From Callorhinchus milii (lineage: Eukaryota), in the NCBI RefSeq assembly GCF_018977255.1, contig NW_024704749.1:2852001-2916000 (forward strand): a DNA stretch of 64,000 nt. Direction: 5' to 3'. Positions within the stretch are counted from its first letter, which is position 1, and every line of letters starts with the position of its first letter. The position numbers and the translations under genes are program-made. The notes beneath the pieces were generated by a model. That model made no database searches. It had not been told where the DNA came from and saw only the letters and a list, made by a program, of their open reading frames with translations. Positions 22,626 through 35,112 of this stretch are shown piece after piece.

Positions 22626-22736
22626 CAAGGAAATGCCTGAACAGGAGTACAGAGACTTACGTCAATGAGGTTAAACCAAAGAAAATGATACGTTTTTCAA
22701 AAAATTAGTTGGATTTAATTTATTTTGAATTCACAG

Positions 22737-22839
22737 TAAATTGACTCAGGACAACCGAGCAGAAAGTCCACTTCCTATCCTACCACTACCAGCTGCAGAC
22801 GCAGAGACGGATAAGCTGATTAAAATGAAAGATGAAGAG
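22737..22839 (+). CDS. SEPT5: Septin-5 exon ([34 protein letters not shown])
   Basis: cacag|T..GAG|gtgag; 103 nt; this C-terminal segment is SEPT5-specific and distinguishes it from SEPT4/SEPT2. Confidence 0.96.
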
Positions 22840-23705
22840 GTGAGTGAGTGCCTGACATTTGTAATCCATGCTGAATGGAGTCTCTCTGTACGTGGTGGTG
22901 AGCGGTCATCGGCTGCGTGGAATCTCTCTGTACATTATGAATCTTCCTGGCTTCTTTTGATTGGAGTTGCTCTGTATTCACCTGATTGGCCCCAGAAAAT
23001 GTGAATTTTCCTTGGGAGCAGGTAAGCCAGGGACTCTTCAGTTAACTTGAAGTGGAATATCAGATTTGGGTCAATTTTCTGTGACCGTTTTGGTTATCCA
23101 CGTACTGAGCCAGGCAGGTTAGCAATGTGCTGTTGATAATGAACCTAGCTCATCAGCACTATTTGGAGGAGCAGACCAGTCACTACTGACTTTGGCTACT
23201 ATTACCCCGGCAAGCCAAGATCCTAATGGACAAGCATCAGAAAGCTTCCTGTCAAAGATGTCAATGGCAAACTGTGTGGTTTTAGTTCCAGCAGTACTTG
23301 CAAAGTATGCCCTGAGTTTCTGAGCCTTTTCCCTCCAGGAAAGAGTGCAAAGACAAATTTCTATGCTTATCAGGAAGGACTCTCGGCAGAACTCTTAATG
23401 ATGGGTTATTCTAAAGATGCTTATGTCAGAAGTGGGATACCAACCCACATCCCTAGAAAAAGACAGAATTCCACTGCATGAATCTGGCCCTTTAGAGCAC
23501 TTGGCCATCATGACCACTGCTGTGTTGGTATATATGTTCATTTCCTGTTGTAATTTTCCATTTAATGTTGTCATTTGTAGATTTTTTTTCAAAGGTGTCA
23601 TGACATGAGCCCCATGTACTTGGAACATTGGCCAATAGACAACCGTATGGCTATTATTTCATAGCCAACGTGTAGCAACAACTTATTGGGCCTTTCTCTC
23701 TGCAG

Positions 23706-23762
23706 CTGCGGCGAATGCAGGAAATGTTGCAGCGAATGCAACAGCAAATGCAGGACCAATGA
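23706..23762 (+). CDS. SEPT5: Septin-5 last coding exon (LRRMQEMLQRMQQQMQDQ*)
   Basis: tgcag|CTG..TGA; matches the human SEPT5 C-terminus; exon sum 1146 nt = 381 aa + stop. Confidence 0.96.
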   Translation: MRRMQEMLQRMQQQMQDQ

Positions 23763-24546
23763 GAGATGCCGGACTTCACTGAGCGAAGAACAGGATTCGC
23801 CTCCGCAGCCAAATCCAATGAGAATAAAGAGGGCGGGAAAAGAGATGGGCCACTCCTCTGGAGAATGCACTGTACAGAACCTATCACATGTTTCCTGTTG
23901 TACTGTAGAGGCAGCTTGAGGGTGACCATGTGTCCGGCCTACTTTGTCTAGTGCCACCATGTCATTTACATATCCTGCTTGTTTGTTTGGGTTTGTATTT
24001 AATATCTTGTCAGTTCAATTGAAGACCATTCGGAGACATATCTGCACCGAATGCTTATGTGGAAAGTGCTCTTTACTAATAAATGTTTCAAATGGGTCTG
24101 ACTTCAGACAGTGTTTTTTTTTTAAGGTGAGCCATACCCACGCTGGGGACTGGAATATTGTCCACTTGGTGCTCAGTGATGTCACGGTGCCCCAGGGCAA
24201 CTGTGCTCAAGAACAGTTCAGATAAAACCTGTCCCTTACATTACTTTTGAAAGTGTATCTGATCCAAAGTGCTTCTGAATGCTATGCCTTACAGCAGTGT
24301 CCAACTCTATCTTCTTGCAGTTTGAAATCAGCTAAAAGTGAATGTGCATCGGCTCTCTATTGTGAACTCTTCATCCTCCACATTGAGGTGCACATGAATT
24401 GAGGATCCAAAATGGTTTCATTGGAAGTGCTCAGACAGAGATCAAGCTCCTGTTCTAACGTACCATTGGTTCATTTCTCCTTCCCAATACAGAAAGACTT
24501 TCCCACCAACGTATATATTACTGTGCCACTCCAACCCCGTCACAGA

Positions 24547-24560
24547 AATAAATAAATAAA
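24547..24560 (+). terminator. Candidate SEPT5 polyadenylation signal (three overlapping AATAAA)
   Basis: aataaataaataaa ~790 nt after the stop; other AATAAA at 23823 and ~25484, so usage is unproven. Confidence 0.45.
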
Positions 24561-26710
24561 AACAAACACAATATACACACAATGCTATTCCAGGTATGCA
24601 TCAGAAATGCCACTTTTTAACTCCTTACCCTTCTAAGAAAGCCCACTTTTTCATCCAATCTTGCATATGATTATATTTTATTAAATAATATCTTCAAACT
24701 GTGCTTGGCAATATGCATGGAAACAATATGACAGATATTAATAATCCTTGCATTTGATATAGCACCTTATCGGGTTGTTGAGACGTCTCAAAGCGTTTCA
24801 CAGAATAGATTGTAAAATTGAATGTTTTGTGGAGGAAACGCGGCAGCAGTGTCTCACAAACAGTCATGGATCGAATGACTTTTTTTATGATTAATAACTT
24901 TTGTCATGAGCTCTGCATAATGCACTGCTGTGTAGTGTTATTCAGGAATGGATCTTGTACAGATGATTTATATCCAAATTTTGAAAACTTCAAGGCCACT
25001 CCGCTAATGCACTGTACAGCAATCAAAATTCTGTAAAATATGAGCTTCAGCATTGACGCCCCCAACTTACATTATTTAACTCAGTGCTGACCGGTGTTCG
25101 AGTCAGGACCTGCATGGTTCAACTATTAAACTTGCCCCAGGGTCCTGCCTGCTCCATGTTCCCACCATCGGTGGTCAGGCCTTCAGCCTCTCTTTCCCCA
25201 CCCTTAGAACTCCATCCCACAGTCCCTTTGCCTTGTTCCCTCCCTTGGCCCCTTCAAGACTTATCTCAAGACTATCCTCTTTGACCATAACTTCGGTCAC
25301 CCTTCCTAATCCTTCCCTCACTTGTCAACCATCCCTACTGATCCCAAATCCCAGCTCGGGTCCAAATCTCTGATCCGGTGCGTTAGAACATCCTCCTGAT
25401 GTGAAAGGCACGATACACATGTAATTTGTTGTTATTACTGAGCCGTTGGGACCTCATAATTTGTGTTGTTAAACGAATGTGTCAATAAAACAAATCTGCA
25501 GTGAAATTAGGCTCCAGACCGTGCTCTTTCATTTTCCTTTTGCGCTTTGAATTCTTTTCATGCGTTGTGAACACGTTCAGAAACAATCTCCCCTTGGCTT
25601 CAAACACAAACCTGCAAAAACTCCAAGATATCAATCTATGATTCTAACTGTGATCATTTGCTTTGCACAGAACAGAGTCCAATAGGTCAGTGGAGCCTAA
25701 AATTATCAGTGCATCTCTGTGAATGTGTATTCATTTCATCACTTTCATAATTTGGTTCATTTTAAAATATAAATTTTATGTTACATGCACTATTGAAAAA
25801 GTATTGCAATATCACCAGCTGTAATTGCTTCTGTTCTTCCAATCTAAAACATCCTTACCCTGAAACAACCTAATTCAATAGCCCTACAATCGTCCAACAG
25901 TCTGTACCATTTTAATTCCATGGAATTGGTAAGGTTGATCACAGTGAGCTTTCCTTGTCTTGTAAATTGCTACTTTTTTGTATATTTCTTCTCCAAATAT
26001 CTTCTTGAGGTCCTCCCATAATAATAATAATAATAATCCTTACATTTGATATAGCCCCTTGTCACATCTTTGAGATGTTTCAAAGTGCTTCACAGCGTGT
26101 GTTGTAAAGTGAATTGATTGTATATATTTTGTGGGCAAAACTTATAATAGGTATAGACATTGTTTGCTATGAATATCCTCCTTACTGTGACTCATTGTGA
26201 ACCTACAAATTCCATCATATTAAATGGTGTTGAAACCAACTATGGTTTTGAGAGTTTACCAATGCTGACTTGAGATCTGTTGTTTTTTGTTGTCATCTGT
26301 AGAATCAATCTGCTCTTTTTTTATACAATAAATTGTTGTGAGTGGCATTAGTTATCTGGGGTGGGGTGCGTGGGGATTATTTTACTGCAATTTGTTCCTG
26401 TACAACCATCATTTTTGCAGCATTTCATGTGACCCCCAACAAGCGAAGAGTTATCCAGAACCAATGTTTCATAATTCTTTTATGCAATCTTTTTGGAATG
26501 CCACCAACCCAGAAGAAATCAATTCACAAGAACGAGTCTGAACAATTTTTGTAACGAGAAGAAAATGTGGCCTACATTTAGAAACAACTGAAACAAGTCC
26601 AATTTGCAGAGTTTCCTAACAGGAATAATTAATAATTAATTTAAATTACTTCAATTGAAATCTTTCCGATAAACAACAACTAATTTATGTTTATAAAATC
26701 ACTTTTACAG

Positions 26711-27036
26711 TGGAGTCCTGTAGCTCAGTGGTTAGAGCACTCGCTTTGCAAGTGAGAGACCTGAGTTCAATTCCAGGCAGAGGGCGAAACCTTGGGCAAG
26801 TTTCCTTACTCCACACAGAGCCTAATAATAATCCCTCCAAAACTAAAAACAATAATTAAATTGGTCATTTTCAATCTACGACTGTTTGTGGGACATTGCT
26901 GTGCGCAATTGGCTGCCGCGTTCGCCCACAAATATACAGTCAATTCACTTTACAGTGTGTTCTGTGAAGCGCTTTGGGACGTCCTCCCGACGTGAAAAGC
27001 GCTATATCAAATGCAAGGATTATTATTATTATTATT
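26711..27036 (+). mobile_element. tRNA-Ala-derived Deu-type SINE, full length
   Basis: Near-identical to the 3388 copy. Confidence 0.92.
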
Positions 27037-28460
27037 TTCATGTTAAGATGACAACCCAAGGTTTTTACCTGACACCAATTCACTTTGACCCAAAACCACT
27101 GGTTTTACCTGACACCAATTCACTAGGCATTCTCTTGGATCAACAGGAATTCTAAGCCATCAATCCAATGCTGAAGACGACTCAATACAGAACAAAAAAC
27201 AACTTCTAAGTAGAACTTCTATGAATATTTTACATCATCATAACTGGAGAAGTAAACAATGCAAAAATTGAAAAACACTCAGCGTGCACAGTGTAGCAAA
27301 AAAGCTACAGGAGGGGTAATGAATGGCAAATGAGGGAAGGAGAAATACAATAATGCAACTTACAGGTGGTGAAATTATTGTCTAGATAATAACATAATAA
27401 CAACATACTCATTTGGTCCATCTTACTCATAAATATTTGATTATTCTGTGTCTGAAATTATTCCAATATAATCCTTTAATTATAATGTGATATTCATCCA
27501 AATCATTGGTAAAAGTAATATAGTATTATTAACAGAACATAGTATTAACCAGTTTTATATTCCACATATAAAATTCATTATTCTCCTGGGAAGAAATTAT
27601 TCTGATCTTCAGTTTGAGGCTGCAGGCAATTAATGACTAATTATTTCCTAACATTCTATGATTATCATTTCAATTAAATAACTGCTTCAACATGTCACAT
27701 CCAAGCTTATCAGTACATTTTATACAATATATCTGTCACTCTTTTTCTGAAATACTTTGAATCGTAATAGCAGATGCGATACTTTCACGGAGTTAGCTTC
27801 CTAGCACTTGCAACTCGTTTCTAGGAATCTAAAACCAAACTGAGCTGACAAATGTTTTGCAAACACGTCCAAGCCTCTGGCACACTCCCCTACCATGCCC
27901 TGATAATGAGTTATCCAGAAGGCTGACAAAGATAAACTCAGAATAAATATGCAAAGTCATCCTACGCTGCTGCTGTCAAAATCCAACTTCGACCAAAAGC
28001 TTTTACTTTTTTACAAAAGTGAAAAGATGAGGATTGCACCTATTTCTATATTAAAATTGTCTTATATATTCGGGGCAGTCTTCAGCAATGCTCTAATAGA
28101 TGCAGTATACATGTCAACAAAATATTTCATTCTATGTACGGACAATGGAATGTAGTGTCTGGGTATGTGGCTGAGTGTCACTCATTGGACATTTCTTTTG
28201 AAATTGTTAGTTCATCCAAAATTGCAGAAATAAATAAACATAAGATTGCTTGTTTGCTCTACTAACCATGTTAGCAGTTTAAAAAAATACTTGTTTGGTA
28301 GTTCTGTGCTTAATATACGGAATTGGATACCGCATTTCGCCCACGAAATACAGTCAAGCCACTTTACAATATATCCTGTGAAGAACTTTGAGACGTCTCA
28401 ACGATGTGATAAGGCGTTATATCAAATACAAGGCTTATACTTCTTATTAACATCAGGCAT

Positions 28461-29437
28461 ATGATAGTTTGTGATACTATTTGGGGTTTCGCAAATGAAT
28501 TCTGAATTATTGGCAATCAGGATGTAAAAGGGAAAAAAACATCCTCTAAGTGAATTAGTATAAACATTTAAGACTTTTAAACTGGGTTATGTGTGAATCA
28601 ATATAAGGATAACTCATTCACCAGCCAGTTGTACTTGATGAATTATGTATTATTTTTCATATTAAACATATTAAACTTTACTTAGCGCACATGCGAAGCC
28701 TAACAATCCTCAAAGCTAAGCGAATGAGATCCGTGTGTCTCTCTGGTCATCAAATAATCAGAGATAAAAACAGGTCCGATATCAAAGATGTGAATTTGTG
28801 TATTTTAACCCGAAAAAAAATTGCAAATAACCATAGGACCCGATGCTATTTTGTTATCTCTCTGCAATGACACAATATTCTGTTGCAGTGCACATTTGTT
28901 CTGTGCATTTTATTGACACGTTTCCGGACTGTATGTGTTTGTCCAGTTTGTGGATTGGCGTTTTATCTGATGATGCACTTCTTTTATCAACTGCGATAGA
29001 GTTCAGCCTCTCACGTAGCCCCGGACCTTGAAGGAGGTATATGACCGTCACAATTCGAACCGTAGCTGAAGAGCATTTAATGAATTATACTGTATTTATT
29101 TCATAATGTGCGCCTCCGTTATGTAATTTTCCACAATATAAACTCGGTTTCATTTTTATTTAAACAGATACGAAGAACGTTCATTGTGAAGCGCATTCAC
29201 ACACTCCGGAGGACATTTAAAGGTAAAGGAGACATGTCATTACGATAGATGGAGTTTTGTTTTAGCCGCGTTGCAGATGATAGTTTGTGATACTACTTGG
29301 GGTTTCTCATTAATTCTGACTTATTGGCAATCAGGGTAAAAGGGAAAAAAGTATCCCCTAAGTGAATTGGTATAAACATTTAAGATTTCGAAACTGGGTT
29401 ATGTGTGAATCAATATAATGATAACTCGTTCACCAGC
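28461..29437 (+). repeat. ~165-bp direct repeat pair (28461-28626 and 29277-29437)
   Basis: atgatagtttgtgatacta.ttggggtttc..ctgggttatgtgtgaatcaatataa.gataactc.ttcaccagcc is present twice, roughly 85-90% identical by eye. Confidence 0.9.
28762..28989 (+). promoter_or_regulatory. GATA/Ets cluster, candidate GP1BB promoter
   Basis: WGATAR sites at 28762, 28854, 28963 and 28984, plus CCGGAA on the minus strand near 28921, in non-repetitive CpG-containing DNA ~1.5 kb upstream of the GP1BB ATG. Confidence 0.4.
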
Positions 29438-30463
29438 CCGGGGTTCGGGTACCCATTAAAATCAATGTATCAGTGAATCATCGGACATGCACATGACCCA
29501 TACAGAAAGTATATGAGTTTGGGAATGATGAGTTTTGCAAAATAAATAGGGGGTGGCATGTACTGGTAAGTGGTTTCTCTCGGTAAAACAACTCTTCTTT
29601 TAATTTCTTTACTCTTTCTCTTCTCCTCTTTGTACATTCATATTTGCAGGCAGGGACTAATAACGCGCAGATCTTTAGACTAAATTCCTGTCAGCACTCT
29701 GTTTCTTCGGTCTCTGTTTATATTTTGACTGTGAAGATCTGAGATTATAGGGAAAATAATTGGTTACTCACCTCATGGCAGTTAATAGGATCTTGCGAGC
29801 GCAAATAGCTGCTCGTGTTTACCTACAAAAGTACAATAACATTTTACATTTAATGTATATAGCGCCTTTTACACCGGGAGGACATCCAGCACTTGATATT
29901 GCTGGCTTCCAAAGTAGTCACTACATTTGACAATAATTAACTATGAATTGTTTAAAGAAGTGCTCTTTGGAAGTGACAGTTCCCTGTTAAAATTTGAGTG
30001 CTTTATATCACTGTGAATTTGCTGGCATATTTTTGAAGGAGATTCGTTATTCAAGACAAACATTCAGTTCCCTTATTAATACCTCAAGATAGCTGCCGCC
30101 TTCATACCTCACTTTACAATTACTACTTTTTCTCTCATAATCTTGCTTACGCACTGCATCAGGATTGACCATAAACTTGGAAGTCACAACCTTTCCATGG
30201 ATACTTTGAATACCCCTTCTCCCCATATAAAAATCCCTTTTGGGAAGGGTCGAATTGGCTTCAATCAGATACACCTGACATAATTGCCCAACTTTGTTAC
30301 AATTTGATTGACCAACCCGTTTGCCTTTCCAATTCGATTGGACACGTCTTTAACCCTATAAATCAAAGCCCCTAATGGGTAGGGTTGTCCGCGCTTTACA
30401 AATAGTTTCCTCCAAGGTTACACTTAATTACGTTAGATGTTTTAATTTTGCAGACAGCTAACT

Positions 30464-31054
30464 ATGTTCCAGATGATGACCAGACCACAAAGTATGTTCC
30501 TCATCCTCTCTCTGATCCCAATGGCTGCATTCCGGTGCTTGGAACATTGCAATTGTTCTGGCACCGTTGTTGACTGCAGTGGACAAATGCTAAACCTCAG
30601 CACTCTCCCCAAGAGCTTCGCTGCCACCACAACACAGATCCATCTGAAAAACAACAAGTTATTCTCGATCCCCAATGGACTGTTTGACAACCTGCAAAGC
30701 CTGAGGTCGATTTCACTGGACAATAACCCATGGGTTTGTGATTGTAATATATTGTACCTGAGATCCTGGCTCCTTAATCAAGACAGAAATTTGCAGGATA
30801 AGAATATAATGTGTTATCTGCCAGTTGAGCTTCGTGATAGACGGATCTTGTATCTAACGGAAGATGAGATTGTCTCCACCTGCCAGAACTGGTACTGTAC
30901 AGTTGCTCTGATTTGCCAGATTGGACTCTTCATCTTTATCATCGTTCAAGCCATTCTTTTGTTGCTTGTTATCATATTTCTGAGAAGATTTGAAGGTTTT
31001 TCCAAAGCAGCCATTGTAATTCCAAAAGGAGATAACTTTAAGAGTACAATGTGA
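30464..31054 (+). CDS. GP1BB: Platelet/thrombocyte glycoprotein Ib beta chain
   Basis: 196-aa ORF: signal peptide, LRRNT CxxxCxC..C, LRR, LRRCT NPWxCDC..C, YLTEDE motif, juxtamembrane Cys145, TM with Gln152, short basic tail; acceptor ttgcag at 30453; lies downstream of SEPT5 as in mammals. Confidence 0.93.
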   Translation: MFQMMTRPQSMFLILSLIPMAAFRCLEHCNCSGTVVDCSGQMLNLSTLPKSFAATTTQIHLKNNKLFSIPNGLFDNLQSLRSISLDNNPWVCDCNILYLRSWLLNQDRNLQDKNIMCYLPVELRDRRILYLTEDEIVSTCQNWYCTVALICQIGLFIFIIVQAILLLLVIIFLRRFEGFSKAAIVIPKGDNFKSTM

Positions 31055-31879
31055 ACACATTACGCGAACTTAATTATCTGCTATCAAACCTAACAGTTAA
31101 TTGCTTGGCTTGTCAGACGTTCTTTACTGGGCTTCCAACCTTTGCACTCAAGAGAATTTTCATCTCCTTTGAATAGTGATGTGAATGGCCACCTTCTGTT
31201 TAAAACAGCTGGGATACATTATGCTGATCTTTTTCTATTGCCCCGTTGCAAACTGCTGTCCAGTTAGATACACTGTTCTGAATAAGTCTTAAACTTCCTT
31301 CAGCTTAATTTCCACAAAACTGAAGCCATCTTCTCTCTAGCACCTACTCACTTTTGACTCTGACTATATCACGCTCTCCTTTAGTCCATTCATCCAATCA
31401 CTGATCAAGTCTGTTTATATCCACCTCCAGAATATTACCTGCTTCTGTCTCTACCTCACAACAACGAAGCCCCAACCCGCATCCATCATTTTATCACCTC
31501 TGAACTTCATTTTTGTACTCTTGTAATGTAAAAGATCCTATCATCAAATTTTTCAGAATTCTGTAGCTTTTACTTTTTACTTTTCAATACCAGGCTCCTC
31601 GCGTCCATCATTCCCATCATCACCTCTTTGACCTCCTGAAATCCTAATCCTCTGTCTACTCTCTCCAGTCTTCAACGCAGACCTGTTCCATGTACTCCAC
31701 TCCTTCCACCTCAGCATTAGTGAATACGATTTCTACCTCTTTGCTCCACTCTCTGAAAATCTCTCCTAAAATTATTCTGGCTTCCACACTCCCTCTCTAC
31801 TTTCAAAGCCTTTCCCCAATTCCACCTTTGGTCACCTCCCTCCTAATACTCCCTCCTTTTAAACAGAAGGTAGCCATTC

Positions 31880-32400
31880 ACAACAACAACAACAACAAGA
31901 TTCCATTTATAGAGCATCTTTCACGTCGGGAGGACGTCCCAAAGCGCTGGACAGTTGGGTCAGGACCTGAGCAGGGGGGAAATGGTCAGGGTGAGGGGAG
32001 GGAAGGGAGGGAGCGAGGAGGTGGGAAATGGTCAGGGTGAGGGGAGGGAAGGGAAGGGTCGAGGAGGGGGTAGAGAGTCGAGAGAGGAGCTGAAGGCACG
32101 GTCAAAGAGAAAGGTCTTGAGACCGGCCTTGAAGGAGGAAAGGGAGGAAGCGGCGAAGGCACTGGGGGATGGAGTTCCAGAGCCTCGGGGCTGAGAGGCT
32201 GAAGGCCCGGCCACCGATGGTAGGGCGGTTGGGGATAGGGATGTGGAGCAGAGTGGAGCCAGAGGAACGGAGGGTACGGGCAGGTAGGTAGGGGGATAGT
32301 AGGTCGGAGAGGTCGGTGGGAGCGAGGCCGTGAATGGCCTTGTAGGTGAGGGTGAGGATCTTGAATTCGATATACCCTTCCTATCTTCTACCTCGCTGAA
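31880..32400 (-). mobile_element. Young L2 LINE 3' fragment
   Basis: Minus ORF RPFTASLPPTSPTYYPPTYLPVPSV.. near-identical to 36800-37150; (TGT)n tail at 31880-31897. Confidence 0.9.
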
Positions 32401-33104
32401 GTCCATGCTTCGTCTCTGCCAACTGCTTTGAGGTATTTTGCTACTTGAAAGGCGCTATATAAGTGTAAGTTGTTATTGTTGTACTATTATATATTTATAT
32501 TACTGATTTGTAGAAGCACAAGTTAATATGGTGAATATGTTGCTCACAAATATGATCATGTACTCAGATGGTTTAGTAAAATTAAGGAGTTGTATTACTC
32601 TTCCAATTCAGGGTAAGAATGTGCTGTCAACTGGATCATATTCTATCTTATAGCAGCTGAAAGTTTAAGGAAATTTATGTTAAAAATAAACTCAGTGCCT
32701 ATAAACTTAAATGAGTGATAAATATGTAACTTCTGGTCAAATATTACTATGTATATAAGGTGTCTCCACAGTTTGTAATTTCTGTTCTGTCTATACAGAA
32801 TAATGCTTATATGCAGACATGAGTAGAGTAGTTGAAATGGCCTCAGTTTCCCTGAAAAATATGAGTCTGAATCTAAATCTAGATAAAAATCAAGAGAACA
32901 AGATTTTCTCTCTGCTAACAATCCGTCTAACATGACATGGATTTGGAAGAGTTAACACTTGCTTCCCAGTAAGCATGAATGAAAGCCCAAGAAACAGAGA
33001 GGTTATAGAGATGATATTTGTAGGAACAATCAACCCTAATGCATTCAAGGCAGTTTCTCGGTCAATTTCACAACACTATGTCTAGTGGTTCATTTCACAA
33101 TTGT

Positions 33105-33320
33105 AATAATAATAATAATCCTTGCATTTGATATAGCGCTTTTCACGTCGGGAGGACGTCCCAAAGCACTTCACAGAACACACTGTAAAGTGAATTGACT
33201 GTATATTTGTGGGCGAACACGGCAGCCAATTGCACACAGCAATGTCCCACAAAGAGTCGTAGATTGAAAATGACCAATTTATTATTGTTTTTTTTTTGGA
33301 GGGATTATTATTAGGCTATT
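33105..33320 (-). mobile_element. 5'-truncated Deu-type SINE
   Basis: Reverse complement of the Deu body and (TAT)n tail. Confidence 0.85.
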
Positions 33321-33649
33321 ATTATTAGGATTATTATTAAGCCAATTCGATAACAGTTTTAAGAGAGCAGTAGATATTTGGGGAGGACAAGGTTGCAGAG
33401 CTTTGGGGAGAGAGAGCGGGGGAGTGGGATTGAATTGGATAGCTCTTTTCAAAGAGCTGGCACAGACATAATAGGCCAAATGGCCTCCTTCTGTGCTGTA
33501 TAATTCTATAATTCTCTTTTGGAATAGTGCCATGGGATCTATGACATTCACCTTGTATGGCAGATGGACCTTGCTTTAACGTATCTATGAAGGATAGCAC
33601 CTCTAAGAATGCAGTACACACCAAGCACTGTACTATGCCTCCTCCAGCA

Positions 33650-34550
33650 TCGACTCCAGGCCCGCCGATGATCTATCAGCTTGTCTGGATGACTGCAAAC
33701 TTCCTGCTGCTGAAAGTGGACAAGACGGAAGCCATACTCCTTGGCTCCTGTTAACGTCTTCACTCCTGCAGATCTAAACTCATCAACCTCCCTGGGCTCT
33801 CTCTCAAACTCACCGAACCAGTGCGCAATTTAGGTATCCGGTTCAACCGGTTCAACCCTGAGCTGTCCTTCCTCACCCACATCTGGTCTCTGACCAGGAC
33901 TGCCTTCCTCAACCTCTGCCACATTGCATGCCTCTGAATGTACCTTACCCCAAAAGCAGCCAAAACCCTTGTGCATGCATTTGTTACCTCCTGCCTGGAT
34001 TACTCAAATGCACTCCTTGCCTGGTCTCCACAGCTCCACTATTCAAAAAATCCAATTCATTCAGAGCTCTGCTTCCTGCATTCTTACCCAGACCAAACTC
34101 CGTACCCTCATCTCACCAGTTCTGGCCCAGGCTGCACTGGCCCCCCATCACCAAATGGATCGACTTCAAGATTCTCACACTTATGTTCAAATCCAATCAC
34201 TCCCTGGCACCTCTCTACTTCTCTGACCTCCTGACTCTCCAATCCACCACCTGGCATCTTTACTTGACTGGCATCGGCCACTTGCTTGTCCCATGCACCC
34301 ACTGCTCCACCATTGGAGGTCACGCTTTCAGCCACTACCCCCTGAAACTATGGAAAACTCTCCCTCAATCCCTCTGTCTTGCCCTCTCTCTCCCCTTTTT
34401 CAAGTCCCACCTGAAAACCAACCTTTTTGACCAAGCTTACGGTCACCTCCCCCACCCTTCCCAGCTCGGAGTCAGACTCCACTAGTATTAAGCACTCTGA
34501 GATGCCACCCTGCGTGGAGGGTGCTTATATAAATGCAAGTTGTTGGAATG
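33650..34550 (+). mobile_element. L2 LINE 3' fragment (RT C-terminus, degenerate)
   Basis: Frames give FLLLKVDKTEAILLGS, YLTPKAAKTLVHAFVTSCLDYSNALL and HWPPITKWIDFKIL; tail gcttatataaatgcaagttgttgg. Confidence 0.85.
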
Positions 34551-35054
34551 TCTACTTCGACTATATGAATTCCAAGTCCCAAAATCCTTTACATCTCATG
34601 TCGTGCCTGTTTCTTTCTGAGTCTTCTCGTTTTATTTATCTCACATCCACTGTATTTCGCTCAGCGAATTGCCCCTCCCTCCTTTCTCTCATCTTTACTT
34701 ACTTTTCTCCTCTTCGTCTACCACTTCTGTATATTCTCCAATTCTCTGACTCTCTATTTTACCTTTCCATTATCTCTTTACTTATCCACACTTTTGCTTG
34801 AATCTCATTCACCCATCTCATGTTGATCTCACACACTCTTCCCTCTCGCACACTCGTTCTTTGTTATTTTTCTCTCGTGCCATGAGCTCAAAAGTGGGCT
34901 GTACGCACGTGCAGAAGTGAGAGAGTGGGATCAGTAAGCCTCACCTCGCTTCCTGACAAGTGGTTGGTCCAGATGATCATAACAATATGCATATTTTTAA
35001 AAATCAGTAATGTAACGGCACAACGTCTGGTCTTTCTCCTCTTCTGTTTAGGAA

Positions 35055-35112
35055 TGCTCACACTAGGGACTGCTCACACTAGGAACTGATCACACTAGGG
35101 ACTGATCACACT
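35055..35112 (+). repeat. 16-bp tandem repeat x3.6 (tgmtcacactagggac)
   Basis: Units start at 35055, 35071, 35087 and 35103; a partial fifth copy lies near 35127. Confidence 0.9.

Noticed and set aside
23598-23960. Overlapping ORFs around the SEPT5 stop
   Set aside because: Alternative frames and strands of the last exon and 3' UTR
27063-27124. 22-bp direct repeat ttttacctgacaccaattcact with an 18-bp spacer (superficially CRISPR-like)
   Set aside because: Only two units, in a eukaryotic genome, next to a SINE tail; a simple local duplication
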